Positions 8,194-17,070 of a DNA stretch of 22,314 nt are shown piece by piece (the first letter of the stretch is position 1; every line of letters starts with the position of its first letter). Position numbers and translations under genes: made by a program. The stretch comes from an uncultured delta proteobacterium (GTDB taxonomy: Bacteria > Desulfobacterota > Binatia > UBA9968), in contig CAVTUQ010000023.1 in assembly GCA_963737905.1 (NCBI GenBank), forward strand, positions 1-22,314, in the 5' to 3' direction. A model generated the notes under the pieces. The model did not search any database. It was not told where the DNA came from and was given only the letters and a program-made list of their open reading frames with translations.

Positions 8194-8925
8194 ATGGTTC
8201 CCAAAAAAGTCTTTTTCACCAAGGGAGTCGGGGTTCATAAAGAAAAACTGGCTTCCTTTGAGATGGCGCTCAGGGTTGCCGGCTTGGCCCACTGTAATCT
8301 GGTCCTCGTCTCCAGCATCTATCCACCGGGCTGCAAGATTATTCCCAAGGAGGAAGGGTTAAAGCTTCTCCGGCCAGGGGAGATCGTATTTGCAGTTTAT
8401 GATCGAGAAAGTTACAACGAACCCAATCGCTTGATTGCGGCCTCCGTCGGCCTGGCGATTCCGGCGGACGCCTCCATGCATGGTTATCTTTCCGAGCATC
8501 ATTCTTTTGGCGAGACCGACGAAAAAGCGGGAGAGTATGCCGAAGACCTCGCCGCCAGCATGCTGGCGACCACCTTGGGGATCGAATTCAATTCGGAATC
8601 GGATTGGGACGAGCGGGAGCAAATCTTTAAGATGTCGGGTAAGATCGTCCGCACTACCAATATCACCCAGTCAGCGGTGGGCAACAAAGATGGTTTATGG
8701 ACAACGGTCTTCGCCGCGGCGGTTTTTATCAACGACGACAACCTGCCCACTGAGACCGAAAAGTCCGTCGCTGTAGCCGTGCAGGGTTCGCCCCAGGAAG
8801 ATGTTTTGAAACAAACGCTCGAGGGCCAGCTGAAACACACTGAAGCTCAGCGCCAAAAGGAACCGGCGAAATCCACCATCGAACGGGCCAGACTCCTTCC
8901 GTCCACGAGAAAAAGCCTTTCCTAA
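8194..8925 (+). CDS. pdaD: Pyruvoyl-dependent arginine decarboxylase (PdaD/AaxB family), 243 aa with a C-terminal tail
   Basis: [13 protein letters not shown]...[20 protein letters not shown]|SIYPP self-cleavage motif (Ser40|Ser41), [30 protein letters not shown]. Confidence 0.9.
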   Translation: MVPKKVFFTKGVGVHKEKLASFEMALRVAGLAHCNLVLVSSIYPPGCKIIPKEEGLKLLRPGEIVFAVYDRESYNEPNRLIAASVGLAIPADASMHGYLSEHHSFGETDEKAGEYAEDLAASMLATTLGIEFNSESDWDEREQIFKMSGKIVRTTNITQSAVGNKDGLWTTVFAAAVFINDDNLPTETEKSVAVAVQGSPQEDVLKQTLEGQLKHTEAQRQKEPAKSTIERARLLPSTRKSLS

Positions 8926-8961
8926 AATCCTTTCTTCGAAACATCGAAAAATACGGTCCCG

Positions 8962-9134
8962 TCAATGGACGAGTAGCGGCGCCAATTTCGCGCCATCATC
9001 CAATGGATCAACTCGCTCGACTGCGCTGATAATTTCGTCGATCCTGTTCTCGGCCATAACCGCGCTTGCGCCAGTTTCCTGAATTTCTTTCGCAGTTCGT
9101 CGCGGCTTACCGGATTGAGCGGACTTCCTGCCGG
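8962..9134 (-). pseudogene. 3' remnant of a fourth MmgE/PrpD gene with an internal 2-bp frameshift
   Basis: Reads PAGSPLNPVSRDELRKKFRKLA / SAVMAENRIDEIISAVERVDPLDDGAKLAPLLVH*; about 40 of 56 residues identical to the C-terminus of paralogue 1 by manual alignment. No 5' part or start codon. Confidence 0.85.
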
Positions 9135-9166
9135 CTCAAACCGTCCCGAGATATTGGAACTCCAGT

Positions 9167-9454
9167 TCAGATTGTTTCCGACACATAGTAACCACCCCGG
9201 CTTGGCTTGGTCTGCCAGCCTTCGACCGCCGCCCGGAAGCTGGTATGGGTAGGAGTGCCGCGCCAGTTGAGATGATGCTCTTTGGTCGGCCACTCTAATA
9301 GGACCATCACGGCGGCCGGATCGTCCTCGCTGCACAAGATCAGACCGCTTCGGCAGCCGGCGGCTTTGCATCCCTGAATTGCTTCTTTGTACATCTTGAC
9401 GTAATCCTCACGGCGCTCGGGGTCCACCGTCTGAAATCGGACTTCGTAAACCAT
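9167..9454 (-). CDS. ABM (antibiotic biosynthesis monooxygenase-like, dimeric alpha-beta barrel) domain protein, 95 aa
   Basis: Size and pattern VDPERREDY...DPAAVMVLLEWPTKEHHLNWRGTPTH; strong SD AAGGAGG. Confidence 0.7.
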   Translation of the reverse strand: MVYEVRFQTVDPERREDYVKMYKEAIQGCKAAGCRSGLILCSEDDPAAVMVLLEWPTKEHHLNWRGTPTHTSFRAAVEGWQTKPSRGGYYVSETI

Positions 9455-9531
9455 AGATCCCTCCTTTTCCTCCTCTTAGAGTGGATGCAGGCTTTCAATC
9501 GTGAGACTTCTCAGCGAGTTTCCGCGAGGTT

Positions 9532-9852
9532 TCATTGCGTGACGTTGACTGCGGCACTCAAAGAAATCCATTGACGCGTCAAGACGTCGCCCAGGGTTAA
9601 GCTGATGAGAATGATCAGCCAGAAAAAACCCGCTCCCGCAAAAACCCAGGTGAGGCGGCTGCTGTAACGTAGATGCATGAAATACACAACCACCAAAACT
9701 GTTTTCACGATCGCGATGACAACCGCTGTCAACGTGTTCCATTGTCCGCCGAGATCGATGAAGGCGACTCCGGTTGTCGTAAGGGTAAGAATGAGCAGGC
9801 TGACCCACACTACGATATAGGTTCGTACTGACATAATCGGTTCGGAATTCAT
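9532..9852 (-). CDS. ctaF: Cytochrome c oxidase subunit IV, 106 aa
   Basis: Three hydrophobic helices with [18 protein letters not shown]; ATG 9852 overlaps the subunit III stop (ATGA). Confidence 0.88.
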   Translation of the reverse strand: MNSEPIMSVRTYIVVWVSLLILTLTTTGVAFIDLGGQWNTLTAVVIAIVKTVLVVVYFMHLRYSSRLTWVFAGAGFFWLIILISLTLGDVLTRQWISLSAAVNVTQ

Positions 9853-10496
9853 AAATGACGTCCTACTAGATAAAGTAAAGGAAACAAAAAGATCCAGACA
9901 ATGTCGACGAAGTGCCAATACAGGCCAATGATTTCAACCGGTGTGTGGTACTCGGCCGAGAGGCGATCACGCCCGGCTTTAACCAGGAGATAAGAGAGCA
10001 GCCCCAGTCCGATAATCATGTGCAATGCGTGCATGCCGGTCATGGCAAAATAAAACGAAAAAAAGATTTCTGCCTGTCCCGGTTGCGGCCCTGGGAATGA
10101 AAAGTCGAATCCGGGGACAAGGTGCTCCTCAAATTTATGATAGTATTCGGTGAATTTGATGCCCAAAAAGACCGTGCCTAAAATCATCGTCAAAATCAAA
10201 AAACCCACTATTTTTTTCCGCCGCCCCAATTCCGAGCTATGAACTGCCAGCGCCATCGTCAGGCTACTGCAGATCAAGACGGCGGTATTGATGCTCCCAA
10301 GCCACACGTCCAGCTGATTGCTCGCCTGAGCGAAGACCTCGCTGTAAAGCGAACGGTAAACGGTATAGCCGGTAATCATCCCGCCGAAGAACATAATCTC
10401 CGTCGCGAGAAATACCCACATGCCGGTCCGGGAAGCCGCCAGTTGCTGCTCCGGATCATCGAATTGGTGCAGGAGTGCTTGATTGGATTCAGACAT
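9849..10496 (-). CDS. ctaE: Cytochrome c oxidase subunit III, 215 aa
   Basis: [51 protein letters not shown]; start ATG 10496 overlaps the end of subunit I. Confidence 0.93.
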   Translation of the reverse strand: MSESNQALLHQFDDPEQQLAASRTGMWVFLATEIMFFGGMITGYTVYRSLYSEVFAQASNQLDVWLGSINTAVLICSSLTMALAVHSSELGRRKKIVGFLILTMILGTVFLGIKFTEYYHKFEEHLVPGFDFSFPGPQPGQAEIFFSFYFAMTGMHALHMIIGLGLLSYLLVKAGRDRLSAEYHTPVEIIGLYWHFVDIVWIFLFPLLYLVGRHL

Positions 10497-12132
10497 GTTC
10501 AGCCGCTCCCGGAGCAAAAACGGCCTGAGGTTCTCCCGACGGATAATCGTAAGGATCGCGAGTGACAATCGGGGTTTCGTCGAAGTTATCGGTGGGCGGC
10601 GGCGACGGCGTCTGCCATTCCAGCCCCGTCGCTCTCCAGGGGTTCCTGCCGGCGACTTCGCCATAGCGCAACGACCAAATCAAATAGATCAGCGGCAACA
10701 GGTAACCCACCGCTAAAATGGATGCTCCCGCGGTGGACATAACGTTTAGCACCTGAAACTCCGGCGGATAGACGTGATAGCGGCGCGGCATCCCCAGATA
10801 GCCGAGAACGAACTGCGGGAAAAAAGTCAGGTTAAAGCCAAGAAAGATGGTCACAGCAGCGAGCTTGGCCAAACCTTTGGGATAGAGCCGGCCGGTCATT
10901 TTGGGCCACCAGAAATGGATGCCGCCCAGATAAGCCATCACCGCACTGCCGACCATAATATAGTGAAAATGAGCGATGACAAAATAAGTGTCATGGACAT
11001 GGACGTCAACTGCTAACGTCGCCAGAAAGAGCCCGGTCAACCCGCCAATCGTAAAAAGTCCGATGAAGCCGAGCGCGTAAAGCATCGGCGCCTCAAGGGA
11101 AATCGAGCCTTTGTAAAGCGTGGCCGTCCAATTGAAAACTTTGATAGCCGACGGGATCGCCACCAGCATGCTGAGCAGCGAAAAGATCATGCCGGCATAA
11201 ACGGACTGGCCGCTGACGAACATGTGATGGCCCCACACCAGAAAGCCCAATATCGCAATCGCCAAGCTGGAAAAGGCGATAAAGCTATAGCCGAAGACCC
11301 GTTTGCGCGAAAAACAAGTGATCAGCTCGCTCATCACTCCCATACCGGGGAGAATCATGATGTAGACGGCCGGGTGCGAGTAGAACCAAAATAGATGCTG
11401 GAACAGCACCGGATCCCCCCCCAACGACGGATCGAATATTCCCAGGTGAAAAAGCCGTTCCATGGCAACCAGCGCCAAGGTGATGGCGATGACAGGGGTG
11501 CCGAGGATGAAGATCACGCTGGTGGCGTAATGAGCCCAGATAAAGAGCGGCAGGCGAAACCAGGTCATGCCCGGCGCGCGCATCGTGTGAATCGTGACGA
11601 TGAAGTTGAGCCCGGTAAGAATCGAGGAAAATCCTGTAATGAATATGCCGATCACGGTGAGCGCCACATTTGTGTTGGAATAGATGCTGCTGTAGGGAGT
11701 GTAAAAGGTCCAGCCAGTATCAACGCCACCCGCCGCCGCCGCCGCAAGCGTAAACAGACCTCCGATAATATAGATATACCAGCTGGCGAGGTTCAGACGC
11801 GGGAATGCCAAGTCCCGCGCTCCGATCATCATGGGAACCAAAAAATTTCCCAGCACGGCGGGGATCGACGGAATCAGAAAAAAGAAAATCATCGTGACGC
11901 CGTGCATCGTAAAAAGCTTGTTGTAAGTCTCCGCTTGTACCAGATCCCCCTGCGGCGTCAGCAGCTCCAGGCGCAACAAAGTGGCAAAAACACCCCCGAT
12001 GAAAAAGAAAACGGTCACGGAGATTAAATAGAGCCAGGCGATGCGCTTGTGGTCCGTCGTCAAGAGCCATGACTTAAGGCCGTAATTCACGTTCAAGTAA
12101 TGCTGCCGGAGCTCTACGGTTTGATCGTTCAT
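10489..12132 (-). CDS. ctaD: Cytochrome c oxidase subunit I, A2-type heme-copper oxidase, 547 aa
   Basis: [28 protein letters not shown] (YS motif of type A2, 11362-11382), [22 protein letters not shown]. Confidence 0.97.
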   Translation of the reverse strand: MNDQTVELRQHYLNVNYGLKSWLLTTDHKRIAWLYLISVTVFFFIGGVFATLLRLELLTPQGDLVQAETYNKLFTMHGVTMIFFFLIPSIPAVLGNFLVPMMIGARDLAFPRLNLASWYIYIIGGLFTLAAAAAGGVDTGWTFYTPYSSIYSNTNVALTVIGIFITGFSSILTGLNFIVTIHTMRAPGMTWFRLPLFIWAHYATSVIFILGTPVIAITLALVAMERLFHLGIFDPSLGGDPVLFQHLFWFYSHPAVYIMILPGMGVMSELITCFSRKRVFGYSFIAFSSLAIAILGFLVWGHHMFVSGQSVYAGMIFSLLSMLVAIPSAIKVFNWTATLYKGSISLEAPMLYALGFIGLFTIGGLTGLFLATLAVDVHVHDTYFVIAHFHYIMVGSAVMAYLGGIHFWWPKMTGRLYPKGLAKLAAVTIFLGFNLTFFPQFVLGYLGMPRRYHVYPPEFQVLNVMSTAGASILAVGYLLPLIYLIWSLRYGEVAGRNPWRATGLEWQTPSPPPTDNFDETPIVTRDPYDYPSGEPQAVFAPGAAEHV

Positions 12133-13082
12133 TTTTTTGCCTGTGCACCTTCTTCCGGTTTGAGCGATTTTAGATAAGCGAGAATTTGCAATAGGCCATC
12201 TTCGCTGACCAAGCCTTTGAAAGCGGGCATGATCGGCTCATACCCTGCGACGATCTTTGCTTGAGGATTGATAATGGACTCACGAATGTAAGTCTCGTCG
12301 GCGGTCACTGAATTACCGCCCGCGAGTTTTATCGTCTTGCCAAAAAGACCCGCCAGGGAAGGACCGCGACCCGCCCCGCTCTCAACGTGGCAGGTGTTAC
12401 AACCCAATCGCTGGAAAAGCCTTTCTCCCGCGGTCGCCAGCGACACTCCGGTAACGCCGCCGCCAAGCCATGCCTGGTACTCTGTCACAGGCATCACGAC
12501 AACCCGGCCAATCATTCCGGAATGCTGGGTCCCACAGTATTGCGAGCAAAACAAGTGGTATTCCCCGGGTGTGGTCGCCTCGAACCAAACGGTCGTATAG
12601 CGCCCGGGAAGCACATCCTTTTTGACCCGAAAAGCCGGCACGAAAAAATCGTGGATGACGTCCTGGGAAGTCATGATCAATTTGACCGGCCGGCCCACCG
12701 GAATGTGCAACTCGTCGATTTCCAGCTGGCCCTCCGGGTGCTGGACCTTCCACATCCATTGTTTGGCCACGATATTGATCTCCAACGAGTTGGCGGGTGG
12801 ATCGTTGATGATAAAGAAAAGTTTGGCCCCCCAATAAAACATGACGAGTGTGAGGCCCAAAGGAATAACAGTCCATAGGATCTCCAGACGGAGATCGCTT
12901 CCAATTTCCTGCGGTCGTTCATCCTCCGATCGGCGGCGGTATTTGACTGCAAATACGATGATCACAATAAAGATCAGCGACGCGAAAAATACGCTGACCC
13001 CGACTAAAAAGAAAAACAAGCGGTCCACCTGCGTGGCCATCGTGGACGCCTGATCGGGAAAAAGGGGGAAACCGATGTTCAT
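12129..13082 (-). CDS. ctaC: Cytochrome c oxidase subunit II with fused C-terminal cytochrome c (caa3 type), 317 aa
   Basis: Two TM helices, LEILWT, KQWMW, DVIHDF, CuA motif [12 protein letters not shown], heme c motif CNTCH with downstream MP. Confidence 0.95.
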   Translation of the reverse strand: MNIGFPLFPDQASTMATQVDRLFFFLVGVSVFFASLIFIVIIVFAVKYRRRSEDERPQEIGSDLRLEILWTVIPLGLTLVMFYWGAKLFFIINDPPANSLEINIVAKQWMWKVQHPEGQLEIDELHIPVGRPVKLIMTSQDVIHDFFVPAFRVKKDVLPGRYTTVWFEATTPGEYHLFCSQYCGTQHSGMIGRVVVMPVTEYQAWLGGGVTGVSLATAGERLFQRLGCNTCHVESGAGRGPSLAGLFGKTIKLAGGNSVTADETYIRESIINPQAKIVAGYEPIMPAFKGLVSEDGLLQILAYLKSLKPEEGAQAKK

Positions 13083-13085
13083 AGG

Positions 13086-13970
13086 CTAAGCGGAATGGGG
13101 ATGTCGATCCCGTCGCAGCATTACAATAATGAAAGCGCCCAATGCGAGCACGGTGGCGGCGCCGGCGACTTGGATCACGCGCGCCACCAAGAGGTTGTAT
13201 TTTCCTGTGGTGGGGTCGTAGTGATAACAGAAAAGCAGCAGTTGATCGATGGGCGAGCCGATCTTGCCGGCCGCGGCTTCGATCAGACCCAAGCGGACAT
13301 CGCGCGGCGAAAACTCGATCCCGTAAAAGTAACGCGATGTCTTCCCTTGGGGGGTCAAGATGATGATCCCCGTGGCGTGGCCGAATTCTCCTGTCCGCGC
13401 ATCATAGGTGTAACGAAATCCCACGGCCTGCGTGAGCTTTTGGATCGAGGGTTCGTCGCCGGTGAGAAAATGCCACCCCGCGGCGGCTCCCGGCCGGGAA
13501 TATTTCTCTACGAGATCCGTTTTTTTGGCTGCAGCGAGCGGTGGGTCATCGTGAGGATCGAAACTCACCGTCAGCACGTCGAATTGGTTGCCGACTTCAA
13601 AGGAAAGCGCTCGTAGGGATCGTACGACTCCATCCAGCAGCAGAGGGCAGAGATCCTGGCACTTGAAGTAGACGAAGTTAAGAATCACGGGCTTTTCTTT
13701 GAAATAATTCGCAAGACGAACCGGTTTTCCAGTCTCGTCCCGAAAAGTCAGATCCAGCGGCACTTGCCGTTTGAGCTCTTGATCGAAGGCGACATCGCGC
13801 AATGCCGCGGGTCTCTTGTCATCGTGCGCGCCCGCCGCGGCGGATAACAGCATGACCAAGGCGAGCGCGAATACCGGGGTTCGCGTCGCGGCCATAGCCT
13901 TAGCGACAACCTTTGATGGCTTATGCATTTTTCCATCCCTCAATCGTGGACTCCGGTAGCCTGATTTCAT
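13086..13970 (-). CDS. sco: SCO1/SenC family copper chaperone, 294 aa
   Basis: Signal peptide, YFKCQDLCP (CxxxC), VSFDP, WHFLTG, conserved His in FGHATG, C-terminal TM helix; SD AAGGAG and ATGA overlap with the upstream gene. Confidence 0.9.
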   Translation of the reverse strand: MKSGYRSPRLRDGKMHKPSKVVAKAMAATRTPVFALALVMLLSAAAGAHDDKRPAALRDVAFDQELKRQVPLDLTFRDETGKPVRLANYFKEKPVILNFVYFKCQDLCPLLLDGVVRSLRALSFEVGNQFDVLTVSFDPHDDPPLAAAKKTDLVEKYSRPGAAAGWHFLTGDEPSIQKLTQAVGFRYTYDARTGEFGHATGIIILTPQGKTSRYFYGIEFSPRDVRLGLIEAAAGKIGSPIDQLLLFCYHYDPTTGKYNLLVARVIQVAGAATVLALGAFIIVMLRRDRHPHSA

Positions 13971-14407
13971 GGACTCCTTTGCGACTTTTGTTTCTCGTTG
14001 CTCCTTGGTTTTTCATTGCTTTGCGGTCGGCTGGGGAGCCCTCGCTGCGCGAGAATATCGATGGCGCGCTTGATCGGAATACGCACGACCCCCTTTTCCC
14101 TATCCACCCAGGCGTAACTATTCAGTATCGAATCTTCCGATGCCCGCATTGTTTTTAGTTCTTGACCCGGAACCACCAGGAGGTGCGGCTCCGGTGTCGG
14201 CTCGCGCGTGTAAGAAAGCGGGCTGGGAGGCACCTCCGTCTTCATTGAAACAGTCGAGTAGTGTTGAAACAGTTCGTAGCAGACCCAAAGGACAATCAGG
14301 ATCATCCCGACTAACGAGACACCGAAAATCGCGATGTTCTTTGGGCTGAGATCACTCAGCTCGTGGCCCGTTTCGATGGCCTTTGACGGTACGTTCGGCT
14401 CAACCAT
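13967..14407 (-). CDS. actG: Alternative complex III small membrane subunit (ActG-like), 146 aa
   Basis: GHELSD, one TM helix, PEPHL, LNSYAWVDREKGVVRIPIKRAI; lies between actF and sco with overlaps on both sides. Confidence 0.7.
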   Translation of the reverse strand: MVEPNVPSKAIETGHELSDLSPKNIAIFGVSLVGMILIVLWVCYELFQHYSTVSMKTEVPPSPLSYTREPTPEPHLLVVPGQELKTMRASEDSILNSYAWVDREKGVVRIPIKRAIDILAQRGLPSRPQSNEKPRSNEKQKSQRSP

Positions 14408-15590
14408 TTTTAACCAGCTGGAACTCTTCGACTATGGCGACAAATCGCGGGTCGCGGGCCGGCAGCAAAGACCTTCCCTGTAGACTCCACAGAAATGCCG
14501 CAAACCAAACCCCACCGATGCCAATGGGTGCCGCCACATCCATCCAAGAAAGGCTGAAGCCCGAAGGATGGAAAACCGGTGCCACAAACCAAAATGTCTC
14601 GACGAGATGCATCAACGCTATCACGATGGCCACCCCGAAGAGGGTCGCCGCCTTACGTTTCACGGCGCGCGACAGCAACAAAACAAACGGCAAAGCAAAT
14701 TGGACGATGATCAAGCACACGGCGACCGCGCCCCATCCGCCGATCATCCGGTGCAGATACCATGGAATCTCGTTTTTAAGATTCTCCACCCATACGATCA
14801 GAAACTGGGAAAAGGACAAATAGGCCCACAACATAACAAAAGCCAGTAACAAGTTGCCGAGGTCCTGGAACACCCACGGGGCGAATACTTCAGAAAGAGT
14901 CTCGCGGCGCGCCAGAAAATAAGCCACGCCGATAACGAAAGCCATGGCCACTAGCCCATCGCTTACCATGAATATCATCCCGTAAATTGTCGAATACCAC
15001 CGCGGTTCGAGCGACATCGCCCAGTCGATGGCGGAAAACGTCACAGTCAATCCGAACAGGACAAGTCCCGGCCCGCTGAGATTCTGCAGCCGATCGACCA
15101 GGGAGACATCGGCGGTATGATCCTGCTCCCGCGACCACTTCGTCAGAAAATAGCCCACGGATATCCAGATAGCGAAATACAAGATCGCCCGCAGACTAAA
15201 AAAGGGAACGTTCAGGTAAAGACTCTTCTGTTGCAGAACTTTATCTTGGGCGACGATGTCGGGGCGGGCCCAGCTATAAAGGTCTGGCATACCGAAAAAT
15301 ATCGGGATGAAAAGCAGAGCCATGACCGGCAGGGTTCGAATCGCCGACTCCAGCGGGCGCTGAATCACAAAGCCCCAGGTTCCGCCGACCAGGTGGTGAA
15401 TCATGACGATGCCAAAGCATCCCACCGGAATGCCGATCCAGAACAGGTACGCCATCAGATAAGACTGAAAAAACTGCTGGCGGTTGAAATAAGCTCCGAC
15501 GAGGCACAGGGCGATAGCCATCACTCCAGCGGTGAGCGATTTCTTTTGCAGCGGCGCCAGATTGCGCAGCTCGACATCCAGGTTGCTCAT
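14400..15590 (-). CDS. actF: Alternative complex III membrane subunit ActF, 396 aa
   Basis: About 10 TM segments, YLNVPFF, IDWAMSLEPRWYSTIYG, DLGNLLLAFVMLWAYLSFSQFLIVW; ATG 15590 overlaps the actE stop (ATGA). Confidence 0.9.
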   Translation of the reverse strand: MSNLDVELRNLAPLQKKSLTAGVMAIALCLVGAYFNRQQFFQSYLMAYLFWIGIPVGCFGIVMIHHLVGGTWGFVIQRPLESAIRTLPVMALLFIPIFFGMPDLYSWARPDIVAQDKVLQQKSLYLNVPFFSLRAILYFAIWISVGYFLTKWSREQDHTADVSLVDRLQNLSGPGLVLFGLTVTFSAIDWAMSLEPRWYSTIYGMIFMVSDGLVAMAFVIGVAYFLARRETLSEVFAPWVFQDLGNLLLAFVMLWAYLSFSQFLIVWVENLKNEIPWYLHRMIGGWGAVAVCLIIVQFALPFVLLLSRAVKRKAATLFGVAIVIALMHLVETFWFVAPVFHPSGFSLSWMDVAAPIGIGGVWFAAFLWSLQGRSLLPARDPRFVAIVEEFQLVKNG

Positions 15591-16525
15591 GGTTTTGTCT
15601 CGAGGGCACGGCGTTCCGTCTCCGGAACGTCGGCGAGTTTGGCGTTTTGACTCAGTTGCAGTGCCCGGATATAGGCAATGATCGCCCAACGGTCCTTGGG
15701 GGAAATTTGCGTCGCATAGTCCGCCATGATGCCAAAGCCATGGGTGATGACGTCAAAAAAGTGCCCGGCAGGCGCCGTCCGCATGCGGTCGATATGAAAG
15801 GACGGCGGCGCACGCAAACCGCGCTTTACAACCATGCCCTGACCGGTGCCGATTCGATCGTGACAGGGGGAGCAAAAGATATCGAACCGTTCCTGCCCGC
15901 GCAGCAGAACATTCTTGGTGACCGGGAACGGTAGCGTTTCCGTCAATTTGCCGTTGATTTTGCCCGTATAGAGCACGGAGTCGGACCTTAGATCGCCGCG
16001 CGCCACCGTTCCTTCCACGAGCGGGCGAGCGGATCGCTCATCGCTGAAGAAATCGCTCTTGGCGAGCGGCTCGTATCGGGGCTGGTCCGCCATTTTTTGC
16101 TGGCAACCGGCAAGGATAGCGGAAACTAACACGACCGAAACTGGGACTCCGCGACGGACACCTGATAGGAAGTTCCCTTGAGTTCGACAACTGCGACCTG
16201 TCTTTCTGGGTGGGCTCCTAAGCGCGGAGAGATTGTCCTCCTCTCCCTCGAGAGACTGTGTCGTAACATCAAAAACATCGTCTCTGTCATTTCGACTGCA
16301 GGGAGAAATCTTAGATCCCTCACATTCGTTCGGGATGACAATGCAGTCTTGGGCCATTGCAACACGGTCTCCGACGGGAGAGGAATAAGGTGAGGGTGAG
16401 TGATTTGTGTCCTGCCCCCTCACCCTAACCCTCTCCCACAAGGGGAGAGGGAAAACTCGTCTGAGGAGCGAAGTTTTTTGTCGATTTAAACCTCGCAAAA
16501 ATTTTTGGGCCCGTTTAGCGTTCAA
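15587..16525 (-). CDS. actE: Alternative complex III monoheme cytochrome c lipoprotein ActE (start uncertain)
   Basis: Lipobox ILAGC (Cys 16103-16105), MADQPRYEP, CSPCH, DRWAIIAYIRALQ. Candidate starts: TTG 16525 (overlaps the actD stop, GGAG 9 nt upstream), ATG 16357 (inside the MITE), GTG 16132 (only 9 residues before Cys). Identity is secure; the 5' end is not. Confidence 0.85.
   Translation of the reverse strand: MNAKRAQKFLRGLNRQKTSLLRRVFPLPLWERVRVRGQDTNHSPSPYSSPVGDRVAMAQDCIVIPNECEGSKISPCSRNDRDDVFDVTTQSLEGEEDNLSALRSPPRKTGRSCRTQGNFLSGVRRGVPVSVVLVSAILAGCQQKMADQPRYEPLAKSDFFSDERSARPLVEGTVARGDLRSDSVLYTGKINGKLTETLPFPVTKNVLLRGQERFDIFCSPCHDRIGTGQGMVVKRGLRAPPSFHIDRMRTAPAGHFFDVITHGFGIMADYATQISPKDRWAIIAYIRALQLSQNAKLADVPETERRALETKP
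16252..16371. mobile_element. 120-bp MITE-like element with 15-bp terminal inverted repeats and a 3-bp target duplication
   Basis: GAGACTGTGTCGTAA (16252-16266) versus TTGCAACACGGTCTC (16357-16371), 12/15 complementary; CGA on both sides (16249-16251, 16372-16374). Confidence 0.7.
16285..16340. repeat. 56-bp imperfect palindrome (TGTCAT...ATCT-T-AGAT...ATGACA) inside the MITE
   Basis: Left TGTCATTTCGACTGCAGGGAGAAATCT versus reverse complement of right TGTCATCCCGAACGAATGTGAGGGATCT. Confidence 0.7.
16415..16451. repeat. REP-like hairpin element, copy 2 (intact)
   Basis: CCCCCTCACCCTAA-CCCTCTCCC-ACAAG-GGGAGAGGG: pyrimidine tail plus a 9-bp perfect stem and 5-nt loop. Confidence 0.8.
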
Positions 16526-17051
16526 CTTCGTACACTCCCTGAGATCCCACGCCTTCGAGAAATTTGCGAGTTGTATCCGCCTCAAATTTAGGGTCGGCGG
16601 ACTCGATACAGAGAAAGAACCGGTTTCGGCTGGCGAGCTCGAAACGGTCTACGTTGAATACCGGATGGTAAGGCATCGGCAAGCCGTTCAGTGCCAGGAC
16701 CCCCAGAAACGCAGACAAAGCGGCAATGAGAATGGTGACTTCGAAAGTGACCGGAATAAATGCGGGCCAACTGTTTAGCGGTCTGCCGCCCACATTGATC
16801 GGATAGTCGATGACCGAAACCCAATACTGCAGAAAAAATCCTCCCAGGCAGCCGATGATGCCGCCGATCAAGACGATCAGAGGGACACGCGTCCGGTGAA
16901 AGCCAATCGCCTCGGCCAGACCATCAACAGGAAATGGGGAGTAGCCATCCATTTTACGAAATCCTGCCGCGAAGGCGCTGCGCGCCGCGGCGACCAGCGC
17001 TTCGGGACTATCGAATTCCGCCATCAGCCCGTACATTGAACTCTTCGCCAT
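16515..17051 (-). CDS. actD: Alternative complex III subunit ActD (DUF3341), 178 aa
   Basis: YGLMAEFDSPEAL, YSPFPVDGL, DYPINVGGRP, PAFIPVTFE, two TM helices; start set at ATG 17051, just after the actC stop. Confidence 0.92.
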   Translation of the reverse strand: MAKSSMYGLMAEFDSPEALVAAARSAFAAGFRKMDGYSPFPVDGLAEAIGFHRTRVPLIVLIGGIIGCLGGFFLQYWVSVIDYPINVGGRPLNSWPAFIPVTFEVTILIAALSAFLGVLALNGLPMPYHPVFNVDRFELASRNRFFLCIESADPKFEADTTRKFLEGVGSQGVYEVER

Positions 17052-17070
17052 AAACGATGGACCGGTCGTT

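Larger units (their letters stand above)
16239..16396. repeat. REP-like hairpin element, copy 1 (interrupted by a MITE)
   Basis: TCCTCTCCC-TCGA[insert]C-GGGAGAGGA-ATAAGGTGAGGG matches the reverse complement of the intact copy at 16415-16451. Confidence 0.75.

Noticed and set aside
8962-9134. Possible diversity-generating retroelement template/variable repeat pair with positions 20-186
   Set aside because: Differences are largely synonymous and not adenine-specific, and there is no reverse transcriptase in the window.
8922-9371. 149-aa minus-strand ORF containing PAGSPLNPVSRDELRKKF
   Set aside because: A chimera of an alternative frame of the ABM gene and the first half of the mmgE remnant, not a gene.
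11731-11746. GCC trinucleotide run
   Set aside because: It encodes a poly-Ala stretch at the end of a transmembrane helix of oxidase subunit I; in frame and unremarkable.
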